Below, in pieces: positions 6,696-14,845 of a DNA stretch of 19,442 nt; the first letter of the stretch is position 1, and the number at the start of each line of letters is the position of its first letter. Under the pieces are notes generated by a model. The model searched no databases. It had not been told where the DNA came from and saw only the letters and a list, made by a program, of their open reading frames with translations. Source of the stretch: a virus (lineage: Duplodnaviria > Heunggongvirae > Uroviricota > Caudoviricetes). The DNA is taken from IMG/VR virus record IMGVR_UViG_2609459832_000003, positions 1-19,442 of that record; one strand, written 5' to 3'. The translations under genes were made by a program, and so were the position numbers.

Positions 6696-8528
6696 CTACC
6701 TGAACCGCGTATAGCCAACATCATGGCTGACATCAAAACCGCTGGATCGCGTTTCCATAACCCGCATACCCGGAGGCGAATTCACAAAAGAGACCTTGAT
6801 CTCACCATCAACTTTTGGCACAAAAGCTTTGTTAATCATGAAGGGATTCGGGCCTGTGGCATCGGAGGCGTTGTTTGACTGAGCCGGATCTACCGCCGGA
6901 TAAGGTGTGTATCCCCGCGCCGGTATTCCCGTCCCATAAGCATCATAAGCACCCGCGCCCCACTGCGCAGAGTTAATGGCATCGACCGTGTCACCGGAAC
7001 TGTCGGTAAACCACTCAATAATGGGCTTCAGCTTGTCCCACATATCCTGAAACCACTTAACAACCGGCCCCCAGTTATTGATCACCATTCCCAGCGGCGA
7101 CCAGGCAAAAACTTTCTTAAGGAGTTCCCAGCCAGCCTCAAAATAAGGACCAATGGTTTCCCAGAGCTTCTTAAAATAAGGTCCGACAACATCCCAGTTA
7201 GTGATAATTAATCCCGCAGCCAGAGCAATCGCCGTCGCAATCATGCCAATCGGCGTCATCGACATGATCCTGCTGACAATACTGATGGCACCGCCCACGC
7301 CCATCAATCCCAGTTTCAGAATCGCAAGACCGGCAGCAAGCCCGACGATGCCGCGAATAACCCGGGGATTTTCATCCGCAAACTTCGTGAATTTTTCCCC
7401 CAACTCCCCCAGCCATTGCGTGATATTTTTGGCGTCACCAGAAAATGCGCCGCCAATAGCCGCAAGGCCGTTAGTTGCGGTCCCTGTCATTGCCTCCCAC
7501 AGATTGGACAGCGTACCAAGCTGTGCCTGAACACGTTTATTCAGGCTGGCCTGTTTATTCATCTTCTGCTGGATCTGATCGTAACCATCCTTTCCTTTAT
7601 CGATCAGAGCATTGACCACCTGAAGGGTTTCGGCATCATCACCAAATATTGCCTTAAGTACACCTGTTCGCTTAACGTCGGTCAGTTTTCGCAGCTTTGC
7701 CAGTTGCTTAAACATGTTATCAAGACCGCCAAAACTCCCTTTGCCGTCAGTAAAATCGAGCTGCACTCCGAGTTTCTGGCGGGCCATGACTTTATTGACG
7801 TCCCTGATTTTCTTAACGCTTAATCCGGACTGGATAACTTTTCGCAGGGCGTTACCTGCCGACTCCCCGTTCATCCCCATCTGATCCATCATGACGCTGA
7901 TGGGGGCAAGGCTCTGTGCAGCCTGAAGACCGTCCTTGTTCACCATCTTCAGAACAGAGCTGGTTTTAGTGAAGAAGGACAACATGTTGGTATCGTCAAC
8001 GCCCAGATAAAACGCCTTCTGGATAGTGTCGAACAGCCCCATCATGTCTTCTGACGCCGTTCCGGTAGCATCCTGCATCTTTGCGGCAAACTCGGCAGCC
8101 GCTTCCGGTGTTTTTTTCAGTTGTACCGCAAGATAAGCTGTCGCTTTACCCACACCGCCAAGAATGTTTTCTGCCGGGATCCCCTGACGCACCAGCATCT
8201 GCATCATGTTCTGGAAATCAGCCGTTGTACCGGGTAGCTGGTTACCCAGGCCAATAGCCAGTTTATTGATGTCCTGAAAGCGCTTTCCAACCTCGCCGTT
8301 CGCATCCATCATGGCGACTTTCAGCCCGGTGGCGGCGTTTTCCTGATCGGCATAAGATTTCAGGGAAAGCGTCAAACCCGCTGCCAGTCCGCCACCAAGC
8401 GCCAGCCCACCCTGTGACGCTTCTTCCGCCTGGCGTTTAAATCCCCGGATTTTCTTTTGCATTTTCGACAGCGCGGGAGAAAGCCTGTCGACACCGGTGA
8501 TCAACGCCTTAAGCTCAAATTCAGCCAT
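6696..8528 (-). CDS. Tail tape measure protein
   Basis: 610-aa ORF after the chaperone/frameshift pair. Central hydrophobic stretch and periodic aromatic residues (NWDVVGPYFKKLWETIGPYFEAGWELLKKVFAW...WFQDMWDKL) are typical of tape-measure proteins. Gly/Ala-rich. Confidence 0.85.
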   Translation of the reverse strand: MAEFELKALITGVDRLSPALSKMQKKIRGFKRQAEEASQGGLALGGGLAAGLTLSLKSYADQENAATGLKVAMMDANGEVGKRFQDINKLAIGLGNQLPGTTADFQNMMQMLVRQGIPAENILGGVGKATAYLAVQLKKTPEAAAEFAAKMQDATGTASEDMMGLFDTIQKAFYLGVDDTNMLSFFTKTSSVLKMVNKDGLQAAQSLAPISVMMDQMGMNGESAGNALRKVIQSGLSVKKIRDVNKVMARQKLGVQLDFTDGKGSFGGLDNMFKQLAKLRKLTDVKRTGVLKAIFGDDAETLQVVNALIDKGKDGYDQIQQKMNKQASLNKRVQAQLGTLSNLWEAMTGTATNGLAAIGGAFSGDAKNITQWLGELGEKFTKFADENPRVIRGIVGLAAGLAILKLGLMGVGGAISIVSRIMSMTPIGMIATAIALAAGLIITNWDVVGPYFKKLWETIGPYFEAGWELLKKVFAWSPLGMVINNWGPVVKWFQDMWDKLKPIIEWFTDSSGDTVDAINSAQWGAGAYDAYGTGIPARGYTPYPAVDPAQSNNASDATGPNPFMINKAFVPKVDGEIKVSFVNSPPGMRVMETRSSGFDVSHDVGYTRFR

Positions 8529-8703
8529 GTGTGCGTTTCTCCTGCTCTATCCTGTTTGCCTGACTGACCAGCAAGGGAATTTCACTGATCGGCATATTCA
8601 GCAATTCGAAGGGATTAATGCGCCAGTAGCTGGCGCAGTCAAAGAAGCGATCAGTGAGGTATTCAGCCGTCAGGCCTGGAGGAAAAAACCAGCCACAAGC
8701 CAC
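8521..8703 (-). CDS. -1 frame C-terminal extension of the tail assembly chaperone (expressed as a fusion by programmed frameshift, not as a separate gene)
   Basis: ORF in the -1 frame relative to the chaperone, overlapping its last ~11 codons and ending 5 nt before the tape-measure ATG. Slippery heptamer at the overlap (see 8682-8688). Confidence 0.65.
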   Translation of the reverse strand: MACGWFFPPGLTAEYLTDRFFDCASYWRINPFELLNMPISEIPLLVSQANRIEQEKRTHG

Positions 8704-8939
8704 GCCGCTGCATTCAGGTCTGCCGGAGACATCTGGTCGACAGAGCTTTGCGGCACTTTCGCCAGCCGCACAATGTATTTCGACACCACATGCGCCAGAA
8801 GTCTGACGGACTCATCCTGATTCATCTGGTAGGGATACCCCAGCTCGCGGACATCCTTCCCGGTGGGCTCATCAAACTCCAGTACGGAGAGTGTCTCGCC
8901 ATGAGCAGTAATCGGTTTCTTTAACTCAAGCTCTTTCAT
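8670..8939 (-). CDS. Tail assembly chaperone (lambda G-like role; Mu gp41-like position)
   Basis: 89-aa ORF between tube and tape-measure genes. Start overlaps the tube stop (TAATG at 8937-8941). Ends 3 codons after a slippery site. Confidence 0.7.
   Translation of the reverse strand: MKELELKKPITAHGETLSVLEFDEPTGKDVRELGYPYQMNQDESVRLLAHVVSKYIVRLAKVPQSSVDQMSPADLNAAAWLVAGFFLQA
8682..8688 (-). promoter_or_regulatory. Programmed -1 ribosomal frameshift slippery heptamer T_TTT_TTC
   Basis: Minus-strand sequence GCU GGU UUU UUC CUC CAG GCC UGA. The zero-frame codons TTT TTC form an X_XXY_YYZ heptamer; a -1 slip reads TTT TTT CCT CCA GGC... into the 8521-8703 ORF. Confidence 0.65.
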
Positions 8940-9295
8940 TACTGGTAATCCCCTTCTTCACCGTGGAACTCAAGATCAACCGTGCCTTCTTCGGCATTAT
9001 GGTTCGCTTCGCCGTGCAGCCAGGCAGACGACAGTACATAGACCTGACCGTTCGCCAGCTCGGCAGTGATGGTCATCTCATCAGACGAGGTGATTTTGCC
9101 CACCGGAAAATTCTTCGGCACCTTGAAGGTCCCTTTGACATAAGGCGCACGGTGAGTTTCCTTGCGGTCCACTGAACCGTCCAGGCCGATGATGTCATCA
9201 TTGACCGTCCTGTTCATGGGCACCTCAATGCCGCCGGTCAGCGATAGCTGCTGACCGTCAATTTTGAAATAACAGGTTCCCCCGATACGGGCCAT
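8939..9295 (-). CDS. Tail tube protein (contractile tail; Mu gp40 'M'-like)
   Basis: 118-aa ORF immediately after the sheath gene (TAATG overlap at 9293-9297). Size and synteny. Confidence 0.75.
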   Translation of the reverse strand: MARIGGTCYFKIDGQQLSLTGGIEVPMNRTVNDDIIGLDGSVDRKETHRAPYVKGTFKVPKNFPVGKITSSDEMTITAELANGQVYVLSSAWLHGEANHNAEEGTVDLEFHGEEGDYQ

Positions 9296-10791
9296 TATGC
9301 AGACTCCTCTGAATACTGAAGACGGAACTGGTTAACCACGGCAAAGACACGCAACTGGTTAACATAGTCAGGCGGGAACAGCGTGTTCAGGCGATTTGGA
9401 TCGCTGGCATCACGCTCCACAACCAGGTACTGCTTGAACAGTTCGTAGTTTTCCACGATCCCCGCACGCTCGAGCTGACGGTAGGTTGCCAGCAGTTCCC
9501 CTTTGATCACCGCCGGGGTGACAATCGCCTGACCGGGACCAAAGCGGGTACCGTCACTGGCAAGCTTGTGACGCCCGTACTTACTGGTAATGACGGATTT
9601 CAGTTTGCGCAGTACATACGCACTGGTATGCAGCGTCTCGCTGTCGAGGTAGCTGTTATCCGCAACCCCGTAAGCGTTTTTCCTGTACGTGGTGACATCA
9701 CGCTGAATGCGCAGCACCCCGCTTTCGACATACGCCGTTGCCACGCCATGAGACAGCAGGGTCTGCTGCTCGGTCATCGTGAACCGTTTCCCCTTCGGCG
9801 CAGGCAGCATACCCACCAGCTCACCGGTCTGCGTGGGACGTGCCGGATCGTTGCGGATAAACACTGCCGCGCGGGCGGTACGGCTGGCTGCCAGCTCGTC
9901 GGCAGGCGTCTGGGGGTCTTTTTCGTACCCCGCCAGGGTAATGTGCTGCTGGTTAAACTGGTCACCTGCGGTCACCAGTTCTGACAGCGTGCCGGTCTTT
10001 GCCGTATACACATGACCATACAGCTGACGCGCATAGCTCCAGCGACCGCTGGTATCGTTCATCTCGGTCACCAGCGTGTTAACGGAGGCCGTGTCGCTGA
10101 ACGGCAGGCCGATATAATCAAACGGCTCATCCGCCATTGCAGCCACCGCGCCGGTGAGAACAGGAGCGCCCGTTCCGGCGGTACCCGTCGCCACGGCAAT
10201 CTGTACGCCCGCTGGCAGCACTTCGCCCCCACCAAAGCCGTAGTAATTGAGGCTGACAGGAATTTCATTCCCGCAAAGCCCCTTATGACGCGCGGTCAGT
10301 GTGACCACGCCTGCCGAAGATGAAGCCGTAAACGGCAGGGTCGGAACGGCATTGATGGCATCCTGGATACTGCTGGCAATCATCGTGACGTTATCGCCGT
10401 TAGTCACCGGTGCCTGCACGCGGGTACGTCCCACATACACATTCACCGTGCCGGTTTCGGTTGCCGCCCCGGTCACCGTCAGCGTAACCGTTGCCGCCGC
10501 GCCTGTGGATTCAGGAACGGCAATCACATACAGCTCGCCAAACGGGTCAGTCTGGCGATAAGCCTCGACCATACGCGCCAGCTGACTTCCCGCACCACAA
10601 ATCTGGCGTGCATAGTCTGCCGACGGCATCAGTACCAGACTGTTGGCAACAATCTCTGCACCGTTATTGGCATGACCAATCAGCAGCGATGCTCCGCTGT
10701 CCTGTGCAGTATTCGCCGCCTGGTTATCCATTTCCGCATAAAACAACGGAACCAGCGTATTCGACGGAATGGTGTTAAAGCTTATCGTCAT
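9295..10791 (-). CDS. Tail sheath protein (contractile tail; Mu gp39 'L'-like)
   Basis: 498-aa ORF followed by tube, chaperone and tape measure. Size and synteny characteristic of myovirus sheath proteins. Confidence 0.85.
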   Translation of the reverse strand: MTISFNTIPSNTLVPLFYAEMDNQAANTAQDSGASLLIGHANNGAEIVANSLVLMPSADYARQICGAGSQLARMVEAYRQTDPFGELYVIAVPESTGAAATVTLTVTGAATETGTVNVYVGRTRVQAPVTNGDNVTMIASSIQDAINAVPTLPFTASSSAGVVTLTARHKGLCGNEIPVSLNYYGFGGGEVLPAGVQIAVATGTAGTGAPVLTGAVAAMADEPFDYIGLPFSDTASVNTLVTEMNDTSGRWSYARQLYGHVYTAKTGTLSELVTAGDQFNQQHITLAGYEKDPQTPADELAASRTARAAVFIRNDPARPTQTGELVGMLPAPKGKRFTMTEQQTLLSHGVATAYVESGVLRIQRDVTTYRKNAYGVADNSYLDSETLHTSAYVLRKLKSVITSKYGRHKLASDGTRFGPGQAIVTPAVIKGELLATYRQLERAGIVENYELFKQYLVVERDASDPNRLNTLFPPDYVNQLRVFAVVNQFRLQYSEESA

Positions 10792-10945
10792 CGGTATTCA
10801 CCTTTTTATTCACGCGCCGGATATCACCCGCTGCTTCACGGCGCAGCCAGTAGTTGTTCTCGTCAACATTTCGCCCTTCGGCGGGCAAAAGGTCGCCGCG
10901 GGCAGGGTCAGGCACTGACCGCCCTTTAACAGGTTTGACAAACAT
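10775..10945 (-). CDS. Small conserved pre-sheath protein (56 aa; recalled as DUF2635-like)
   Basis: Not in the ORF track (below 60 aa). ATG at 10943-10945 with GAGGA 5 nt upstream; stop TAA at 10775-10777 overlaps the sheath start. Translation MFVKPVKGRSVPDPARGDLLPAEGRNVDENNYWLRREAAGDIRRVNKKVNTDDDKL resembles, from memory, small proteins found upstream of sheath genes in Mu-like tail clusters. Confidence 0.5.
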   Translation of the reverse strand: MFVKPVKGRSVPDPARGDLLPAEGRNVDENNYWLRREAAGDIRRVNKKVNTDDDKL

Positions 10946-10953
10946 GAGGATCC

Positions 10954-11514
10954 TCAGGAAGGAAGGGTTATTACGGTGTGATGTTCGATATCGCCGTCAG
11001 GCCCGTTACCGGGCTCGAGATAATCAACATCAATCGCCAGCGTTTGCAGTTCATCCAGACTGTTCAGATCATCCTGCTGGCGGGTATCGTCTTCAGTCAG
11101 CTCGCTGATGACCGAAAAATCGAACTGATAAATCAGCTCATGACGATTCAGATCCAGCAGCGTGCCGCCGTCATAGGTAATCGGGTTACCGCACGCTTCC
11201 GGGTTCCAGCCCAGCAGGGCCTTAAAGAGCATCTGCCGGACATCGTCCACCACATCATACGAGGCAAACTGACCGCGCTCATCACGCCCGTTACTCAGTA
11301 TGACAACCACGGAGAAGGCCTCTTTCAGCTCCTGCCAGTAGTCGGTCTGGCTTTTGTTTTCTCCCGGAGAGTCATCCCCCGGTACCACATACGCCGCCGG
11401 GAGTCTCAGCTTTCCGACCTCCGGCAGATTTTTGAACTGTGCCGCGCCTGCCACCCGGTTTTCAAAACACGGGCAGCGAGCACGCAGCGCAGCAATAACA
11501 GGCGTCAGTTTCAT
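10954..11514 (-). CDS. Virion/tail-completion protein (Mu gp37 / DUF1834-like)
   Basis: 186-aa acidic ORF between the head-tail joining genes and the pre-sheath/sheath genes. ATGA overlap with the upstream gene. Assignment rests mainly on synteny. Confidence 0.5.
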   Translation of the reverse strand: MKLTPVIAALRARCPCFENRVAGAAQFKNLPEVGKLRLPAAYVVPGDDSPGENKSQTDYWQELKEAFSVVVILSNGRDERGQFASYDVVDDVRQMLFKALLGWNPEACGNPITYDGGTLLDLNRHELIYQFDFSVISELTEDDTRQQDDLNSLDELQTLAIDVDYLEPGNGPDGDIEHHTVITLPS

Positions 11515-12017
11515 CTGCGTCGTCGCTCCGGCTTCAGTGATTTACGTAATTCCCGCGCCAGAAAATAGCGTGTCCAGCTGCGGTTCTTTTCAAGCGTTTC
11601 CACCATAAAGTTATTACGTGGAGCCAGCCGCCAGCCGCTGCCACCGGATGCACCACGATGATGACTACGACGACGTTTTGCTCCTCCCCGGACACCAAAA
11701 AACAGAAACGCCGGATAGAAGTCACCAGAGATCATCCGGTTCCCCTTCCCGTTGCGCTGGTTAGGGGCAATGCGTGTCATAAAACCGGCTCGCTTTTTAC
11801 TGGCTCTCGGCACCATATAACCAATCGAACGAGCCAGGCGTCCGGTCTGATAACCGGGGTTTTCACCCGGTGCCGACCGCGCACGGCGCATCACCAGCCG
11901 TCGGGCATCACGCATATGACGCTGACCAATCGTGACAAACGCCCGCCGGACACGGGCGCGGTTAAAGCGCATCTCCGCGGGCTGCTGAACATCAACGTGC
12001 AAAAAGGAAGTCGCCAT
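11511..12017 (-). CDS. HK97 gp10-family head-tail joining / virion morphogenesis protein
   Basis: 168-aa very basic ORF following the head-closure gene. Position and size fit the HK97 gp10 family. Confidence 0.55.
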   Translation of the reverse strand: MATSFLHVDVQQPAEMRFNRARVRRAFVTIGQRHMRDARRLVMRRARSAPGENPGYQTGRLARSIGYMVPRASKKRAGFMTRIAPNQRNGKGNRMISGDFYPAFLFFGVRGGAKRRRSHHRGASGGSGWRLAPRNNFMVETLEKNRSWTRYFLARELRKSLKPERRRR

Positions 12018-12402
12018 TGTTGCCTCCGTGACTCTGCGTAAATTCGCCCAGCTCCGTACACTCCAGCAGCAGAAAGCGCCGCGCCCCGTTCAGATCACGC
12101 TGACGTTTCACCCGGTACACACTGTCATCACAGACCACCTCATAATCAGCAGTGATCCCCCGGCGGTAACGAATGGTGATGTAATGGGTGATGGCGTCCC
12201 CGGTCTGCGCGGTTTCCTGCCAGGTGGTGGCACTGGTCTGGATAACCTTCGCCCATGTCCGGAACGTAACCGGGTATTGAGGCTCCACGCCAAAGTTATC
12301 CGCGGGCATATCCACCCGCTGGCGGAGCAGGACGCGTTTATTCAGTTCGCCGGGGTCCGGCAGCATGTAGGTTGCGCTGGTCTGCGCCTGACGAATTTTC
12401 AT
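11992..12402 (-). CDS. Head closure / head-tail adaptor protein
   Basis: 136-aa ORF directly after the gp6-like connector gene (ATGA overlap at 12399-12402). Synteny of the HK97-type head-tail joining set. Confidence 0.55.
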   Translation of the reverse strand: MKIRQAQTSATYMLPDPGELNKRVLLRQRVDMPADNFGVEPQYPVTFRTWAKVIQTSATTWQETAQTGDAITHYITIRYRRGITADYEVVCDDSVYRVKRQRDLNGARRFLLLECTELGEFTQSHGGNNGDFLFAR

Positions 12403-12722
12403 TGCGGAAAGTACCTGTACGGGCCGACAAGCCAGCCAAAACTCTGCGGCATGTCGAGTTTCTCCACTTCCGTAACCGACGAGCGGTTTTCGTAAAAATG
12501 GCTGATAAGCATCAGCATCCCCAGACGAATATCATCCGGCAGGTGCAGCCCGTCCGGATCGCTGTCCGGAATGGATTCATCCGGTGCATAGAGCTTCCGG
12601 TTCAGATACGTTTCCGTCCGCTTTTGCGCCGCACAGGCCAGCAGTTGCAGATGGCGGTCATCAGCATCGAAATCCTCATCCAGCCGGAGTTGGGCTTTAA
12701 TCTCTTCCATTGTCAGAAGCAT
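12399..12722 (-). CDS. Head-tail connector protein (gp6-like)
   Basis: 107-aa ORF (MLLTMEEIKAQLRLDEDFDADD...) downstream of the capsid gene. Size and position typical of gp6-like connector proteins. Confidence 0.6.
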   Translation of the reverse strand: MLLTMEEIKAQLRLDEDFDADDRHLQLLACAAQKRTETYLNRKLYAPDESIPDSDPDGLHLPDDIRLGMLMLISHFYENRSSVTEVEKLDMPQSFGWLVGPYRYFPQ

Positions 12723-12724
12723 AC

Positions 12725-12925
12725 TCAGCTCTCTTTACTGGTCGTGGCTTTTTTCTCTTTTGCCGCTTTACTGCTTTTTGCACTGGTTCCGCGCTCAGCT
12801 AACCCGGCCTGAAGTGCAATCTCCTGCACCCGGGCAGGAAGCGCCCCGTCGTCATACTCACCGGCCCGAATGACCTCAACACGCATACCGTCCGGTGACC
12901 ATTTCAGATCTTGTTTCAGGATCAT
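12725..12925 (-). CDS. Small hypothetical protein with a Lys/Ser-rich C-terminal tail
   Basis: 66-aa ORF between the major capsid and connector genes. Stop overlaps the next start (TGAGTATG). No family recognised. Confidence 0.4.
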   Translation of the reverse strand: MILKQDLKWSPDGMRVEVIRAGEYDDGALPARVQEIALQAGLAERGTSAKSSKAAKEKKATTSKES

Positions 12926-12947
12926 GATTCTTCACCCGTCAGAACAG

Positions 12948-12967
12948 GGGGCGCGGTTCCGCGCCCC
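12948..12967 (-). other. GC-rich hairpin just downstream of the major capsid gene
   Basis: GGGGCGC (12948-12954) / GCGCCCC (12961-12967) inverted repeat with a 6-nt loop, 8 nt after the capsid stop codon. No U-run follows. Confidence 0.5.
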
Positions 12968-12974
12968 TGAATGA

Positions 12975-14180
12975 TTACGCCGCTGCAATCTTCAGCAGTT
13001 TGATGGCCTGCGAATCGACCAGCATCCCGCCGGTGCGCTTGGTGGTATAAAAACCGACAAACGGTTTATTGGTGTACGGGTCACGCAGAATGCGGGTGCC
13101 GATACGGTCAACGATGGTGTAACCCCGTTTGAAGTTACCAAATGCAATGGCTTTCGCATCAGCGGCGATATCCGGCATCTGTTCGTTTTCAGCGATACCG
13201 TAACCCGCCAGAGAGGACGGCTGCCCCAGCTCCAGCCCCGGACGCCACAGATAGTTACCCTCGCTGTCTTTCAGCAGACGGATGGCAAACAGGCTGTTGT
13301 TGTTCATCATGAACTTCGCGCCAGTGCGGTGTGCCTTACGCAGCGTGTAAATCAGTTTGATAATGGCGTCTGCGGTCACCGCAGTCGCTTCGCCGGATAC
13401 AATATGCTGAAGTTTGCCGAACGCCCGGACCTTGTCGGTTTCATCAGTGGATTCATACGCCAGGAACCCTTTCGGCTTCTTGGTGCCATCGCCTGAGGTA
13501 AAGGCAATTTCTTCCTGTTCGGCAAATTCGGTTGCCAGCTCGCTGTTGATCCAGGCCTCCACGTTGAAAAAGGCATCATCCAGCATTTTCTGGGTGGCCT
13601 GCGGGTTGCCGTAAATTTCCCCCATGAGAGGTTCAATCAGCTCCAGTCTGGAGGTGGCAGTCTGGGATCGCGTATCCGTTTCCCCCACCCATCCGGAAGC
13701 CGTACCGCCCAGATTCACCAGTTTTTTGTAGTCGGAACCGCCAACGGTGATCACCGTGGCTTCCTGACGCATCACCACTTCATCTTTCAGCAGGTTAAGA
13801 ATGTTGCGATCCAGTTCTTCCGGCACGGCGTAGCCACCGTCTTCATCGGTACCCACCTGCAATGCCTTACGCTCCAGATCGCGCAGACCGTCTTCACGGC
13901 CTTTACGCAGGAAGCCCACAAACGCCTCTTTATGCTCGGTGGCCAGTTTATTTTGCGCTCCACCAGCCGGACGTTTCAGCTCAAGCAGCTCTTTTTCAAG
14001 GTCGCTTTTGAGATTTTCCAGCTCGCTGAGTTTCCCGTTCAGGGTTTCCACCTGCCCGGCAAGCTTGCCTTTTTCCTGCTCAATCGCATCCACGCGCTTG
14101 TCGTTCTTTGCTTTGAAGTCGTCAAACTTCTGCTGCAGCTCCTGCGCGACCTGTTCGACATCTTTAATATCAACCGCCAT
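12975..14180 (-). CDS. Major capsid protein, HK97 family, with N-terminal coiled-coil delta (scaffold) domain
   Basis: 401-aa ORF. The first ~100 aa are highly charged and coiled-coil-like (QELQQKFDDFKAKNDKRVDAIEQEKGKL...LEKELLELK), followed by a capsid fold region. Sits directly after the prohead protease. Confidence 0.9.
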   Translation of the reverse strand: MAVDIKDVEQVAQELQQKFDDFKAKNDKRVDAIEQEKGKLAGQVETLNGKLSELENLKSDLEKELLELKRPAGGAQNKLATEHKEAFVGFLRKGREDGLRDLERKALQVGTDEDGGYAVPEELDRNILNLLKDEVVMRQEATVITVGGSDYKKLVNLGGTASGWVGETDTRSQTATSRLELIEPLMGEIYGNPQATQKMLDDAFFNVEAWINSELATEFAEQEEIAFTSGDGTKKPKGFLAYESTDETDKVRAFGKLQHIVSGEATAVTADAIIKLIYTLRKAHRTGAKFMMNNNSLFAIRLLKDSEGNYLWRPGLELGQPSSLAGYGIAENEQMPDIAADAKAIAFGNFKRGYTIVDRIGTRILRDPYTNKPFVGFYTTKRTGGMLVDSQAIKLLKIAAA

Positions 14181-14194
14181 CGTATTTCTCCTGA

Positions 14195-14845
14195 TTAGAA
14201 GTTCAGATTTTTCAGTGCATTCAGTGCAGAACCCACATCCTCAGCGTCGCGCAGGGACAGTGCGCCATAGCCCCCGGCCATGAATGCTTTGGCCTGGGTA
14301 CGGGAGAGTCCGACATCACGCAGGACTCTTTCGATTTTTTTCTGTTCGGGGATTTCCCCGCGGGCCAGTGCGTTCTTGACGTCGCTGATCCGCGCCTCGT
14401 CGTTAGACGGGAACGTCACCAGGCTGACTTCCCAGAGGTCGATTTCTTTCAGCAGAAAGGCTTCTTTGCTCCGGTCGTATTCCCAGTCTTTCAGGACGTA
14501 CCCAATAGAAAGGCCGGTTAACGAACCGGCCTTCATGTGTGCATGTGCGCGTTTTGCGAGGGGATCATCATCAATAAGCAACCGTCCCCTGACGTAAAGC
14601 CCGACATCGTCTTCCTTCATTTCGGTGTAAACACCGATGGGTTCATCCATGCGGTGCTGCCAGAGCAGCGCAGGTAACGCTTTTCTGTCACTCCACGCCC
14701 GCAGGGAAGCAGCAAATGCCCCGGACATCACCACATCATCGTGGCTGTCCTTTACACCAAAGACGGAGCCATACCCTTCAAACTCACCGGAGTCACTGAC
14801 AGATTTCAGACTCAGCGGTACATCAAGACGTTGTTTCGTCTGCAT
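14195..14845 (-). CDS. Prohead maturation protease (HK97 family)
   Basis: The ORF extends to 14881, but the ATG at 14843-14845 has an AAGGA Shine-Dalgarno 8 nt upstream and avoids a 59-nt overlap with the portal gene. Sequence ...SGEFEGYGSVFGVKDSHDDVV... is typical of HK97-type proteases. Confidence 0.85.
   Translation of the reverse strand: MQTKQRLDVPLSLKSVSDSGEFEGYGSVFGVKDSHDDVVMSGAFAASLRAWSDRKALPALLWQHRMDEPIGVYTEMKEDDVGLYVRGRLLIDDDPLAKRAHAHMKAGSLTGLSIGYVLKDWEYDRSKEAFLLKEIDLWEVSLVTFPSNDEARISDVKNALARGEIPEQKKIERVLRDVGLSRTQAKAFMAGGYGALSLRDAEDVGSALNALKNLNF

Noticed and set aside
8521-8703. 60-aa ORF as an independent gene
   Set aside because: It begins inside the chaperone gene at a slippery heptamer and lacks its own Shine-Dalgarno, so it is better explained as the -1 frameshift extension of the chaperone.
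10978-11568. 196-aa plus-strand ORF
   Set aside because: Antisense to the gp37-like and gp10-family genes that fit the operon synteny and show translational coupling. Judged a shadow ORF.
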